A DNA stretch of 63,019 bases, counting the filler, from Lenisia limosa (Eukaryota; Protista; Breviatea), in NCBI GenBank assembly GCA_001655205.1. It is 16 parts of 16 records of this genome, joined end to end, with 100 filler letters (N's around TTAATTAATTAA, not from the genome) between each part and the next. Parts side by side here need not be neighbours in the genome. Positions count along the whole stretch, not along the records: positions 1 to 1,063 come from LPNZ01005125.1; positions 1,164 to 9,824 come from LPNZ01007129.1; positions 9,925 to 13,367 come from LPNZ01007798.1; positions 13,468 to 15,468 come from LPNZ01002061.1; positions 15,569 to 32,530 come from LPNZ01005464.1; 11 more parts are not named here. One strand, 5' to 3'. Positions within the stretch are counted from its first letter, which is position 1, and every line of letters begins with the position of its first letter. Positions 1 to 19,574 of the stretch are shown piece by piece. Under the pieces are notes generated by a model. It did no database searches. It was not told the DNA's origin and saw nothing but the letters and a program-made list of their open reading frames with translations. Both the position numbers and the translations under genes were made by a program.

Positions 1-136
1 AGAGATGTTTGGGGTGACCGGACACAGTTGACACCAAAATAAACAAAAACAAAACAAAAGACATAGTTTAATCACATAAAGAGGCTTTATGTAGAGATAC
101 TGGATGAAGAATCTTTTCATCCATATCAAAAGAAAA

Positions 137-331
137 CCTGTCCAAAAGCGGATGATATGACGCTGTAATCCCAGTCCTAACCAGACTAACCCCTCACTTG
201 TTTCCACTAAAGATGTTCAATGACAACGGCAATGCTAACGCGGGGCTAAGCAAAGGTAGCAACACCGCAAGCAATGTGACAAGGATCATTGGGGTGTTCT
301 TCTTCGGCACTCTCGGTTCCTTTCTTCCCTG
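137..331 (-). CDS. Hypothetical protein exon(s) with a hydrophobic segment
   Basis: After a CAG acceptor reads GRKEPRVPKKNTPMILVTLLAVLLPLLSPALALPLSLNIFSGN, followed by a GTGAG donor. No homolog recognised. Confidence 0.35.
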
Positions 332-603
332 ATTATAGCTATATTAATGTTATACCCGTTAGTATGCGCTTATTAAGGATGGAAAGGCAAGTGAAAGGTG
401 GGAATTGATGATTTGTACTGAATTATGGACATTAGAAACCCCAGAAAAATAAAGTATTAAACTCGCATTTTCTCGTTTTCTCGTATGAATAGTGTTACTA
501 TAATACTAGAAAGTGATTAGATTGTTTTTGATAATAATGAAGAAAATGGTTCTAATGTGAAAATTAAAAGCCCGAAATATTCCCCCTCTTTCGGTTCCCC
601 AAG

Positions 604-1063
604 ATGGACCTTCCCTCATTCGACCAAGGTATGTTGTGGACTTTGGCCTTGCCTGTTTTGCCTTTGTCTTTAAACGTCACACTTTGTGTAAATAGCATGG
701 TGGGCACACTTGTATTGTGTCCCTTGTCAGTTCCAACCCCTGTCTTGTTTTACGTTATTATCTCTTTTGAATATTGCAAGCCCTATCCAGCCAAGCCTCT
801 CTTATGCTTATTCTTAACATACATCAAAACAAAATAAGAATTGAATGATTGAATAACATCTCGTCTGTGTCTTATTAACGCTCGTTGATATGGTGTGTTG
901 TTTCCCATTTTGACATCCCAATCGTTCTTCTTTTTAACCGATAAAGGGCTGCCGTACCCCCCGCTTTCCCTCCGCACTCTTCCGGCTGGATTTGAGCCAG
1001 ACCCCAATCCCGTACCGCCACCTCAGGCTTTTGGACTTCTTCCAGATTCCGACAGGTTCGGGC
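604..1063 (+). CDS. Hypothetical protein, 5' part
   Basis: ATG...MDLPSFDQG|gtatg, then a Pro-rich exon (PYPPLSLRTLPAGFEPDPNPVPPPQAFGLLPDSDR) at about 945-1063. Confidence 0.3.
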
Positions 1064-1163
1064 NNNNNNNNNNNNNNNNNNNNNNNNNNNNNNNNNNNNN
1101 NNNNNNNTTAATTAATTAANNNNNNNNNNNNNNNNNNNNNNNNNNNNNNNNNNNNNNNNNNNN
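1064..1163. other. Artificial scaffold-joining spacer (first of 15)
   Basis: 44 N + TTAATTAATTAA + 44 N. Identical spacers at 9825-9924, 13368-13467, 15469-15568, 32531-32630, 33965-34064, 40575-40674, 45102-45201, 49108-49207, 50485-50584, 51978-52077, 54668-54767, 56319-56418, 59217-59316 and 61377-61476. Confidence 0.97.
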
Positions 1164-2249
1164 GTCCACACCATCACGCTCATAAGAGATACTGGATTAT
1201 AGTATAATATTAATTCATCCTATCATTTGCCTACAACTCTATGCACACCTTAATATACCCACCTACCCTTACTTAAACAGTGACCGAGATAAGTCTTGAA
1301 AGCTTTTCGTTAGGAAATCGTATCAAATCGGTTTATCCCGGTCACTGAATATCGCATTGCAAATCGGTCAAGACCTATCCCGGTCACTGGATACTCATAG
1401 CCNNNNNNNNNNNNNNNNNNNNNNNNNNNNNNNNNNNNNNNNNNNNNNNNNNNNNNNNNNNNNNNNNNNNNNNNNNNNNNNNNNNNNNNNNNNNNNNNNN
1501 NNNNNNNNNNNNNNNNNNNNNNNNNNNNNNNNNNNNNNNNNNNNNNNNNNNNNNNNNNNNNNNNNNNNNNNNCAAATGTATAATAAATACTAGAGCTTCA
1601 CTTTCGGTTCCAATGAGACGAATAAATCGAAGATTCAGTCTTTTTTGGAACCGAAAGTGAACCTCCAATAAATACATATACTATATAATATTTCTTGCTC
1701 TCTGATAATTTCACCCTCTCCTCTCCTTCAATGAAATCACACAGAGGTGTGGCAGACTGAGCCAGGTTAGCCAGTACTCACCCAGGTGCGGCTGGGGTCT
1801 CCGAGCCCCTAGTGTGACTCGGGGAGGAGGGCGCCGAGGAGTGTGGGCGCGCGGAGGCATGGTATTTTGTTTTTGGTATCCCAAGGTATATTTGTTTCCT
1901 TAGATTTCTAATGTATATTATTTCTCTTGTTTCGCAAAATACTACCATTTATAGTACGCCCCCCCCCCCCCCCNNNNNNNNNNNNNNNNNNNNNNNNNNN
2001 NNNNNNNNNNNNNNNNNNNNNNNNNNNNNNNNNNNNNNNNNNNNNNNNNNNNNNNNNNNNNNNNNNNNNNNNNNNNNNNNNAAATAACTCTCAGCAAAAA
2101 CGATATCAGCAAAAATCGAGAGAAATGAAAATAGATAACCTTCATAGTAATTGTGATGATGATGGGGGGGGGGGGTAACATTGGAAAATTTATGTAAAAA
2201 AAGTCCTCATATAAAACAGAAGACCTCCAAATCCCTTAATCCATCGAAC

Positions 2250-2609
2250 CTGTCTTAACTGACTCCACCGTGCTGTTTCAGCCTGCTTCTTCCTAGCCTC
2301 AAACTCCCCTCTTTTCAGCGTTTCACCTGGGTATAATTAGATCGGAGCATTATGGAATAAAGTGAAGGGCGAAGTGAGCGGGGGGACGCCTTGTTTCGAC
2401 AAACCTGTTCCTCTGTAGCCAAGTTCAACAAGTTGCCGGGCAAGGTCGGGATCAGAAAGGTAGTAGAGGTCCACAGAGGAGATTTGAGAATCTAAATAGT
2501 CCTCATAGGTTGCATATTCCAACGCTAAAAGGTTAATCATATAATAATCAAAGCTTTAGGTACCAATAGCGTCGGCAGTTCCTCCAATTTCGGGGATATC
2601 ATCTTCCAT
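2250..2609 (-). CDS. CFAP299: Cilia- and flagella-associated protein 299-like (DUF4464/C4orf22), N-terminal part, 3 exons
   Basis: Exons 2609-2564, 2524-2405 and 2326-2250 give [72 protein letters not shown], matching the family motif [38 protein letters not shown]. Confidence 0.85.
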
Positions 2610-2956
2610 TGTCAAAATTATTTCGTTTTTTTTTTATTAATACACTTTTAACAACTTTATTTTTCTGATTGAGAAAGAGACCAGAGGTAAAATCAATTAC
2701 AATATTTAGCTTCAAAATTATCGAAGTTTATCGAACTGGATGGATAATATTTTAAAATATTTTGCAATATTGTTCGTATGATGTGTTATCACGGCCTTTT
2801 GTCTTGTTTGAAGAACGAACTGCCCTTTTCTTATTGCTTTCGATATTACTTTGTAAATCGTCTGTGTTTACCTCGATCAGCACTTTTGCTGTTCTGTTTC
2901 ATCTATAGTTTTTCCCTGTTTCATTTTTGTTTCCCCCAACCCTTTTTCCGATTAAG

Positions 2957-9684
<6,728 letters not shown>

Positions 9685-10098
9685 GTGTGCACCCCCAGAT
9701 ATTGTATTTTATTCCCCAATTCGTGGTACCGGAAGTTTTTTTATTCCCATTCGTAACTAGAGCTTCCCATTAGGATTCACACAAAACTTAATTCTGGATA
9801 TCATTAAGATTTTTTTTTTTTTTTNNNNNNNNNNNNNNNNNNNNNNNNNNNNNNNNNNNNNNNNNNNNTTAATTAATTAANNNNNNNNNNNNNNNNNNNN
9901 NNNNNNNNNNNNNNNNNNNNNNNNTTGTTTCAGAAACCGTTTTTCCAAGATATGCTTTGTTTCGTTCCTCAAAAGCCCAGAGACTATACTTCCTCTTATT
10001 GCCCGACAATATCTCTTAATAGCGTGATGGTGTGGATGGCTTTGGCCAGATGTTACCAATTTTTATTTCTCATTTCTTGGTGCGAATTAATTTCTCAG

Positions 10099-13061
10099 CG
10101 AGAAACTCTTCACCTTCGGAGTCTACTGCATTATCAAAGCACTCAAGTTTCTGGCGCAAAACCAGATCAGTCATGGTGTGACCCCTATTTATCTTTTTTT
10201 TTTTTTTTTTTTTTTCCCCCACCAAATTAANNNNNNNNNNNNNNNNNNNNNNNNNNNNNNNNNNNNNNNNNNNNNNNNNNNNNNNNNNNNNNNNNNNNNN
10301 NNNNNNNNNNNNNNNNNNNNNNNNNNNNNNNCCTTCTAATGTATCAACTCGTTGAATCCTTTATTCATTTGTTGTCACCAAGCCAGGATGGGTCAAAACC
10401 CCGGCTATTTTCGTTACAGAGGATTTGTCGTTCAAGCTCTTCAGTTTCTCTCACGCCAAAAAGGTGATGTCTAGTTCGGTACGATGGGGACAAGAAATTG
10501 AAGGAAGAAAAATACTAATAAAACACATTCTGTACAGAGAAAAATTAGAAAAGGAACAGGAAATATCTTGAAGGTTAACAACGGTGTTAACAGTTTTATT
10601 GATGGTGATTGCTTTTATATCACATGCCTGGTTTATTGGTTCAGGTATCAAGTGACGACCTAAGTTCACTGAAAGAAGCCCTGAATGCGGTTTCGGTATT
10701 CGGAGTTATGCTTGATTTATTAGTGTTTCTATAATCTATCTCTTATACGCATGATGGTGTGGACTACCTTGCTTTATTTCTCATTCCTTTCCAAAGTATT
10801 AAATGATAGTTCCCATTGTATCTGGTTATACCCCCCACTATTTCTTTTTAAGAATAAAAGTGCAGTGGATATGAATAGCCAGTGGTGGGTAGATGTGGCT
10901 TTTGATTGTTCATTTCGCGTATCTCACACAGTAGTTTGATAGGGTGACGTTGGACTTCCTGCGGAACCCTTCTGAGCACAACAACAGGTCCATGGTGAAG
11001 AGCCACTCGATTGTCAATGACTGCGTTTTTATGAGCGAGCTCATCATCAGAGGCTTTGATGAAATTGAGGTTCGTTGGAGAATGAGGAGCATTTCTTTTC
11101 TTTGAATTTCCGTGTGAAGTCTCTGTCAATAATAAGTGTTGTGTAAAATCTTAATTGTGGGAGAAATCTCGATAAATACCCCAGGTCTTCATGAAAGAGT
11201 TCGGCAACACCATCACCGAATATCCGCTTGGCATGATTGAAAAGGGCTTTGTGCCGCAGCTTCTGGAGCACATAAACCGCGAAGGCAGTCCAACTGTGAG
11301 GGTTTTTTGAAAGCAAGAATAATAGCATTGTATTTGTTTTTATGATATGTTGAAAAGGAGATTTTAACTAAAAAAAAAAAAGTAGCACAATTTATTTGTT
11401 TGAAAAATTGTAGGGTTTTATAGGGCTTAGCTGTCTCTTTCATCACATTGCTGACAGTTCTCAGACCCTTGCACCATTGTTGAAAGCAGTTTCAATGCTC
11501 CCAAAGGAGTTCTTCACAAAACACGTCGCCCCCACAATCATCAAACTCTTCCATCACACCAATCGCAACATTCGAGTCTCTCTGTTGAAAGTGGGTTTGT
11601 TTACAAGCATAGTAGTATTGCTTCTCTCCTTCCTCGGGGGTTGGATGTCTTGTTTTGCGTTATTCTCTAGTTTCTCATAAAGGCATTAGTGATTCAAAAT
11701 CTATTCTCTAATATTTTACCCCTCAATAGTGTTTCATAAATTTTCTTTTTTTAACCCTACTCAGCGCCTGCCTCTGTTTGTAGACTACCTTGACGCCAAA
11801 CTCATCAACTCCGATATTTTCACTGCCGTTTGCTCAGGATTCTCAGATACGGTACCTGCCGTTCGGTGGGGGGGGGGGGGGNNNNNNNNNNNNNNNNNNN
11901 NNNNNNNNNNNNNNNNNNNNNNNNNNNNNNNNNNNNNNNNNNNNNNNNNNNNNNNNNNNNNNNNNNNNNNNNNNNNNNNNNNNNNNNNNNNNTTGCAGGT
12001 TTATTGTTGTGTACGTTTTTGGGACACGGAAATTTATGAGAAGACAGTTGTAAGCCAAATGATTGCAATGTTGTATGACAACTTTCAGATAATCCTCATA
12101 CTTGTCTACATTAACGAAGATTAGAACGGAGACATTTTGTTGATAAATATTGAAGAATGAAGAGCTGACCTTATGTTGGAGTATATTGTGTCCTTGAAGA
12201 CAGTTGCTTGATTTGACCTCCTAGGTCAGAAACGCTTAAATCTATGGCATTCTTCGGACCGCATCTGAGCAGTGCCAATCTCAACACCACCCTCCCTAAG
12301 TCTGGGGGGTGGGGTGGGTGCTATTATTAGTCTCCGACTTAGGCTAGATATGATATATATTCTTTTACGAATTTAAAATTGAATTAATACATTAATCATT
12401 TTGGTTCTTGAGCACTACGCCAATCACTATCTCTTAGAACCAGGATGTGGGTTTAAACCATTTTAAAATTTCTCCTTTCTACATATCCATGATATCCACA
12501 GTATATTATATCATATCATATATGGTATTGTATAATTTATATATTATGATATATACATGTACTATATCATACATAGTATATCATAGTATATCATAGGAAA
12601 TCATAGTATACAAATAGTAAATCATATTATATATACATAGTATGATATAGTATATTAAATAGGATAAAACCCTTGCACCTAAAACAACACTCATCCACAT
12701 GATTTCTCTTTATTTCGCAGACATCTGTCCCGCCTCCAGACCGACCAAGAGGCCTCGATCCGAGCCAACACTATTATTTGTATCGGCATGCTAGCGGTTC
12801 ATATGGCACCTGAGGTGAGGACTGGTGCTTTTTTGATAAAAAAAGAAGGAAAGTTCAATATCTAACTATAGCAAAAAAAACTGAGTGCACAGAGTTGTAA
12901 GGCAAATGATTACTATAATCCAATATCTCTAATATTAGCGTGATGGCAGCTTCGGCCAGATACAACCTTGTTTTATTTCTCATCTCTAACTCTAGCATAA
13001 AACTAATCGATAGACACGAACCCGCGTGCTTGTCGCTGCTCTACAACGCAGTTTGCAAGAC
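10099..13061 (+). CDS. SCYL1: SCY1-like (SCYL1/CEX1) pseudokinase with HEAT repeats, partial
   Basis: Exons give FGVYCIIKALKFL..TLAPLLKAVSML..VAPTIIKLFHHTNRNIRVSLLKRL..IFTAVCSGFSDTVPAVRSETLKSM..HLSRLQTDQEASIRANTIICIG..RTRVLVAALQRSLQD, collinear with the SCYL1 HEAT region. Confidence 0.85.
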
Positions 13062-13594
13062 NNNNNNNNNNNNNNNNNNNNNNNNNNNNNNNNNNNNNNN
13101 NNNNNNNNNNNNNNNNNNNNNNNNNNNNNNNNNNNNNNNNNNNNNNNNNNNNNNNNNNNNNNNNNNNNNNNNNNNNNNCGATAAGATTACTCGGGATGGA
13201 ATTGTTTTCTAACCTTGTTTATGAAAGTTGGCAGAACAACGCACATTGAGCTTTCACAAAACATTCACCTTCCTTCCCCCATTTGCTCATGTCAAGCATA
13301 TCATAGCTATCCCTCCTCTCCCCAGTTAGAATTTTTGAAAGGAGAAGAGAAAAACACATTGTGACGANNNNNNNNNNNNNNNNNNNNNNNNNNNNNNNNN
13401 NNNNNNNNNNNTTAATTAATTAANNNNNNNNNNNNNNNNNNNNNNNNNNNNNNNNNNNNNNNNNNNNTTTATTTAACCTCCTCTTTTCCCATACAAGTAG
13501 GGCTTCCCTACGGTACCAAGAAAGATTGATTTTCTCGATAAATCCTCGGTAAATATCGATATTTGAACGGTCTTTGTCGGACTTAATTGTCCAG

Positions 13595-14910
13595 CGATTG
13601 TCCGCGCCAACTGCATGAAATTCATGCCCAACTTCTTCCCAAAAGCCTCTTTGGAGAAGATGTTCTTCTGTTTCCCTGACCCTCACTTCAAGCGCGCCAA
13701 TCACAGAAGAAGAATTATTTCGTGGGGTATCGGGACATTGACGTCAATATTCTTCAGTGAAATTCCCTTCGTTTCACCCCCTCGAAATATTTGTTCTTCT
13801 CCCCCTCACATTCTCACAATCTGCAGCGACCCTCTCCTTGCCGAATACTGCTATTTCCTCAAGGACGGCGCAATTCTCTACACTATCACTGGTGCGGGGA
13901 GGGGGGTATAATCCTGGTTTCATCAAATTCTCTGTGAATTATTATCCAGACCCCCCCCCCCCGGCACGGGCTTTGTTTTTGNNNNNNNNNNNNNNNNNNN
14001 NNNNNNNNNNNNNNNNNNNNNNNNNNNNNNNNNNNNNNNNNNNNNNNNNNNNNNNNNNNNNNNNNNNNNNNNNNNNNNNNNNNNNNNNNNNNNGCTTTAG
14101 CATTTGTTTTTGAGTTGTTGAGAGTTTCATATTATTCAGTTCATGATTAGTACCTTTACGCTAGTATTCTTCATCGAAATTTCCTTCGTTTTACTTAATC
14201 CTCAGACGTTCTTGACCTTCACGAGTGGATGGACAGTAAGTGCGACGCTCACCCCCTTCTTGAAAAAATCCCCAGTGAAGAGGCTGTGAGCGGATTACTG
14301 TTTTCTTATTCTAAAGCTCACTTTCACTTTTTTTCCCGCCCTTGTCCTCCGCTAGTGATGTGTGCAGAAGCGACTNNNNNNNNNNNNNNNNNNNNNNNNN
14401 NNNNNNNNNNNNNNNNNNNNNNNNNNNNNNNNNNNNNNNNNNNNNNNNNNNNNNNNNNNNNNNNNNNNNNNNNNNNNNNNNCATAAATGATCCAATTTAC
14501 TCCCCCCTCGTTTGTCATCTGGGTTTTGTTCACGGCATTCATCCAATCTTCCAATTTTTTACTTGATAAATTTCCCAATATTACCCCCCCTCCTCCTCTA
14601 GGAGAAAGACCCATGTGTTGCATTGATGAGGGTGGTGACTGAAGAGGGACAGAAGGTTGGTGCCTGGGTAGTAAATTGGAAAAAGAGTGAATTTATTGAT
14701 CAATCCACGGTAATCCTCGCCAAATCCTCGATATTTCACTGGTCTTTTTCGGAATCTCTTGGGGGGAACTTTTTTTATGATAGTTTTACCTTTTCCTGAC
14801 TTTAAAATGCATCTCGGGTGTTAAAAAAAAAGCAAACTTATTGCTCTCAGGTTGCCCGTAACGAAGGAAGCAAATTCGTTTCCATTTTCAGAAGAATACC
14901 AAGAAAATAG
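13595..14910 (+). CDS. METTL1: tRNA (guanine-N7)-methyltransferase METTL1/Trm8, 3' part
   Basis: [93 protein letters not shown] (TAG stop). Confidence 0.95.
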
Positions 14911-15569
14911 GAATGTGTGATTTGTTGTTTCCTCTTCTTCTTTTATGCATGTTTGAAAATCTATTTTCAAGAAGGCACGTATACAGAGTGTAGCACATGA
15001 TTGGACGAATTAATGCCATTGTTCTTTAGCGATGGTGGACGGCGGGAATAACCTTGTTTTGATACCCTGTAAAAACATAGAGGCACATCAACAAAACCAC
15101 CACATTTCATGGACTTTTCTTACACCACACGCCCATTATCTTCTCTCTGCTCATAGAAACGTTATCCTGTGGAAATGCTACTTTTCTTTGTGTGTTGTCA
15201 ACCGCTCTCTATGTCCCCTAGTTTCAATAGAGACTTTACTACAAAAAAAAAAGGTACCTTCGTTAATTTGACTCCCAACTGGGGCCAGTAGAAAACAAAT
15301 AACATATATTGAACCCATAGACCATACACCATCCGCTCAGAAGAAGTCGTCGAAAGCGCCAACAGCCTAGAGCGTTAGTGCGGAATTGCGGGTCTAAAAT
15401 TGGAAATTTATGAAACAAAAAAAAACCCAACTCTTTTGGCTGACTTGATAACAACAAAACAAACAAAGNNNNNNNNNNNNNNNNNNNNNNNNNNNNNNNN
15501 NNNNNNNNNNNNTTAATTAATTAANNNNNNNNNNNNNNNNNNNNNNNNNNNNNNNNNNNNNNNNNNNNG

Positions 15570-17129
15570 GGGTTGATGCCGTCTTTGTGGGAATAGCAAT
15601 CATTTCGGATCTATGAGATCAGAACAAAAGGGAGCACAAACGAAATTCATGAAATGAAGTATTATTCTGACGAACCTGGGGGGTGCGGAGTGTGTTTGCA
15701 GCGCAGGTGCTGACTGCTGCAGGGTTGGCTGTGTCATGTCAGAGGGAGGGAAATGAATCATAAATTCGAAATTTAAAAAAATAAAAAACAAAAGAAGACC
15801 ACTGTTCTTAGGGGATAAAGGGTAAAGAGATCGAATCAATGCATAGGGAACGGCGAATACCTTTGCTTGAGGCTTCGTGGGAATGGGGGCTTTAATTTGG
15901 TTCGTGGTGGAGCCTGCTGCAGAGAGTAATGTGTGAATTTACGAATTTTGGCAATATTTTAAATAGAAACCTTTATCATATTCTCTCCATTTAGGGCTTC
16001 ACTTCGCTTCAAAAAAAAAACTGAATTTCTCGATAAATCCTCGAAAACTATCGATATTTCACTGGTATTTTTCGAACCGAAGTGAAGCCCTAACTCCATT
16101 CCGTACGCACCTTTGTACTTCTTCTGTTTGGATTTCGATTTAGTTGGCGGTGGCGAAGGGAGAGGCTCGGGAGTGGGTGTGGGAGGCTAAACAGTCACAA
16201 TGTATTGATAACATTGTACAAGGAGGGATGGGCTCACCTGAATGTACTTCGGGAGTTGCAATCGAGGCATTGGGGGAGGGTCAACCACAGCAGATGGTTC
16301 ACGCGGATTGGCAGTGATACAGTCTGAAGCACGTGATAAAAGGTATCTGAAGTCATCCACATCGCAAGGTTAGATTGAAAGATGACCACGCACCTTTCAT
16401 GAAGTTCATAACATGGTCTTGCGATCGCCACCGAATCGGTTTGCTTAACTCCGCAGGTTGCCTGAAACGTTAAATTGCTTGTGATTCGTTTCACTAAATA
16501 TGAATTGCTATGACCACCATATCGCGGATACAGCCCTCTTCCCTCTACTGCACCTAAATAGATGCAGCCGCAAAAACCTTAACAGATGCAACCGCAAACC
16601 TGTTTTCAGCCTTGGCCTTAACATCCTCAAAGAGTGTCAACAAAATATCTGAATCGGTGAGTGTTGAAACTATACAACACAAACGAGAGGGACAAAGGAC
16701 TAACCTTGAGCTAAGCATGAAGAAAAAGCAAACGAGCGGGTAACCAAAACATCAAAGTGTTTTCTGGATAGTCAGACACTAGGCTACAGATCAATTTTCA
16801 AAAAAAAAATGTTGATCAGTTATGGTCTATGTAGAAGGAGAGGCGTCATTGAAGCAGAACTACGCGGATGTATACATATGATTGTGTCATGCTTTCTTGC
16901 TCTTAAGAAATGAGATGAGCCGTCCACACCAGGGAAACGAAGGAACAAGCTCACCTTGTGTGGTCTGTAGCGTAGACCGGAATGGCTGTTGCCTTGTCGA
17001 AACTGCCGACTGTGCGGAAGGACTAAAGCGTAAAACATATCAGAAACAAAAAGTTCAGTTCAGTTCACTTCCAACCGTTGAGGTAGTTCCTTCCTTTGGC
17101 TCCGTGAAGATCACAATATTTCGTTTCAT
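15570..17129 (-). CDS. Hypothetical multi-exon protein
   Basis: ATG at 17129 (MKRNIVIFTEPKEGTTST|gt) and further GT-AG-bounded open exons (e.g. SFRTVGSFDKATAIPVYATDH; DTFYHVLQTVSLPIRVNHLLWLTLPQC). No homolog recognised. Confidence 0.35.
15994..16090. mobile_element. MITE family A (about 96 bp, TA-flanked), exemplar
   Basis: TA|GGGCTTCACTTCG..CGAAGTGAAGCCC|TA, about 25-bp TIRs, core CTCGATAAATCCTCGATAAATATCGATATT. Other copies at 1593-1665, 13500-13582, 19453-19547, 21382-21477, 23704-23799, 28322-28412, 31492-31587, 31792-31885, 38601-38680, 40810-40882, 42464-42549, 42808-42903, 49309-49407, 49478-49577, 56720-56806 and 59370-59437. Confidence 0.88.
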
Positions 17130-17479
17130 GAAGAAACTCAGAGCAAAGAATTCGGCCTAATGGGTTCAGATCCAACTATACCACAATAATAATAAGGGGT
17201 TTTGTTTTTACCAGAATAAATATTAGAGCTACGGGCAATAAATATTAATAAATAGTAATATAATATTCTTTGAAGAAATAATATCACTGTTAATATATAT
17301 ATATGATATTAATATTAATATTACAATTAATATTATATTAATATATTAATATACTATTATTTGAAATATTAAATGTAATAATGGGTACGGGTGAACAATG
17401 GAAAAAACGAAAAAAAAAACGAAAAAAACGGAATGTTATTTAAATTCCTTTTTTTGTTCCCTTCTTCCCTTCATCAATA

Positions 17480-18870
17480 ATGTCTTCACAAATATTAGAG
17501 ATTCAGAGAAAAGGAAGTCTAATTAAAGTCATTTGTGTTAACAAATTCCTGACCTTGCACACCTTCAAAAATTAGAGCGCCACAAGGTTTGCGACTTGTT
17601 ATTAGTTTTAAATTCTCATTTTATAGATTCTAGGGTGTTGGTATTATGATTCACAGCGTCCTGATAAATTTGGATTTGCTTGACTGGGTCCTCCAGGACG
17701 AGAGCAGTCCTCTAAGTTCTTATGAGCCCTGTGTCGAGCAAATGGAGTACGATATGATTGAAACTCTGAAGTCTCTCGATAAAGTGATCAGTCCAATAAA
17801 AGAAGCACAAGAAGCTCTTGGGTCATTCCCCCCATTTTTCTTGTAGTATCATCCTTGTTTGTTGTATGTCGGCTTTTATTCCTCATTCACTGATATAGGT
17901 GAAAGTGTGCCAACTCTTTCATTGGTTTTGCCTTGGATCTTCGGGCTTCGGTCTCGTTATATCACAGCAGGCAGTCTGTCGTCAGAAATCTACAAGCCAA
18001 GCTTAACTGAGTGGAAATCAGTGCAAGCAGAAAAGAGTGATTTCAAGGATAGAATGTCGGAATATAGAAAGATGATCCGCAATGCCAAGAAGAACAACGA
18101 AGATGTGTGTGTTATTCAGAAACCACAGCTACTTGAGCTTGGATCTTGATGTTCGCCTTGCCCAGTCTTTAGCATTTGAGCTTCGTCTCGAGTTCCCTTT
18201 CGACCCGGACTGTGTTTTCTTCAGTTGCTATACTATACCCTTTCTCTACTGGGATGGCCCATGGGCAATTCAGCAAACAAATGCAAGCATCCATTTGGGA
18301 TTCGATGAAGGACCATACTCTTAAGTTCTATGCTGATCATTACGGAATAACAACATAAGGATCTTTGAAATGGAGACCCAGAATTATATTCCACCAATGG
18401 AAGAAGATATTATCACAGACTCACAAACCACTGTATGGACATAACGTTGAGCTTCAGGAAATAGGAATCGGCAACAACCCAAAAACTAGTACAGAGAGAG
18501 TTGTTGAAGTTGTAGAGTTGTAGTACTGAAACGTTTTGATTTGTCCCTCTCATCTTATCTCTCAAGACTTGTCAGGAACACTCCACATCCCTGGAAGTTG
18601 TTCACCAGATCATTTTATCAATACACCTCTTATTGCGAAAACAGTTCGTCAAGTTCTCTGCATCCCTGTGTGAGGGAGCTCTAACATTAATTATTACTTG
18701 AATATCTTCCATCATTTTATTGTACCCAGGCTTCACCTATCTCTGTCGAAAGACTCTTCTCTTCTGCAGGAAGAACAACTTCTAAGAGAGGCCTATCGCC
18801 CGATGTCACTGCCAAGGCCATTCTGGAGAGAAAACCGTTCTGTAATCTATCCAGCCCTGCTGCGCTCTAA
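17480..18870 (+). mobile_element. hAT-superfamily transposase remnant with introns, probably pseudogenised
   Basis: LKSLDKVISPIKEAQEAL|GESVPTLSLVLPWIFGL resembles the hAT L.PF..AT..L.GE..PT.S.V.P segment. PLIAKTVRQVLCIP|ASPISVERLFSSAGRTTSKRGLSP matches the hAT C-terminal dimerisation motif. Stops near the expected TRW position. Confidence 0.75.
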
Positions 18871-19100
18871 TCTGCAATTTTTTTTGATAAAATATACATT
18901 TGCTTCTACTCTCTTTAGGTGATAAATACAAAGGTTATTGTTTTTTTGGATTAATTAGAAGAGAAGTTTTCAAAAAACAAAAAAGAGTGAAGGAGGAAAG
19001 AAGAAAAACAAGAATTGATTATCAATATTAATACATATTAATATAATATAATATCAATATTAATACATATCTATATTAATATTATAGTAAAATGATATTA

Positions 19101-19355
19101 ATATCCCCGTTCACAAAAACTGGTGCTTTTTTTTTAGAATATCGGTGCTTTCAGGTTTTTACAGGCAAAANNNNNNNNNNNNNNNNNNNNNNNNNNNNNN
19201 NNNNNNNNNNNNNNNNNNNNNNNNNNNNNNNNNNNNNNNNNNNNNNNNNNNNNNNNNNNNNNNNNNNNNNNNNNNNNNNNNNNNNNNNNNNNNNNNNNNN
19301 NNNNNNNNNNNNNNNGGTTTATCCAAAAAGCACTGGTTTTTGTGGACGGGGATAT
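19101..19355. mobile_element. Small element with about 31-bp terminal inverted repeats (gap inside)
   Basis: Left ATATCCCCGTTCACAAAAACTGGTGCTTTTT; reverse complement of right end ATATCCCCGTCCACAAAAACCAGTGCTTTTT. Confidence 0.7.
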
Positions 19356-19574
19356 GTATTATAATATATCAACAACAAAATAATATATGATATACTATAT
19401 GATATTAGTAACCGAAGGATCTCTATGATCCTTGTTTTAATAGAAACTATTTGGGCTTCACTTCGATTCGAAAAATGACTGAATTTCTAATATATATCCT
19501 CGAAAACTACCGATTTTACCAGTCTTTTTCGAACCGAAGTGAAGCCCAAAAAGCAAAACATCGAAAAGCCTCAC

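Noticed and set aside
1108-1119. Recurrent TTAATTAATTAA motif
   Set aside because: Always centred in exactly 44+44 N. It is an artificial all-frame-stop linker, not biology, and gene neighbourhoods across it are meaningless.
1740-1862. GC-rich stretch as a structured ncRNA
   Set aside because: It reads open on the minus strand and ends in a GTGAGT donor, so it is more likely an exon. No RNA family is recognisable.
12930-12990. Family D as a box C/D snoRNA
   Set aside because: It has a GTGATG box-C-like word but no consistent terminal CTGA box D, and it is dispersed with truncations and in both orientations. It is kept only as an unexplained repeat.
15994-16090. Palindromic repeats as a CRISPR array or REP elements
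   Set aside because: The copies are dispersed in eukaryotic introns with no regular spacers and no cas genes. They are better explained as MITEs.
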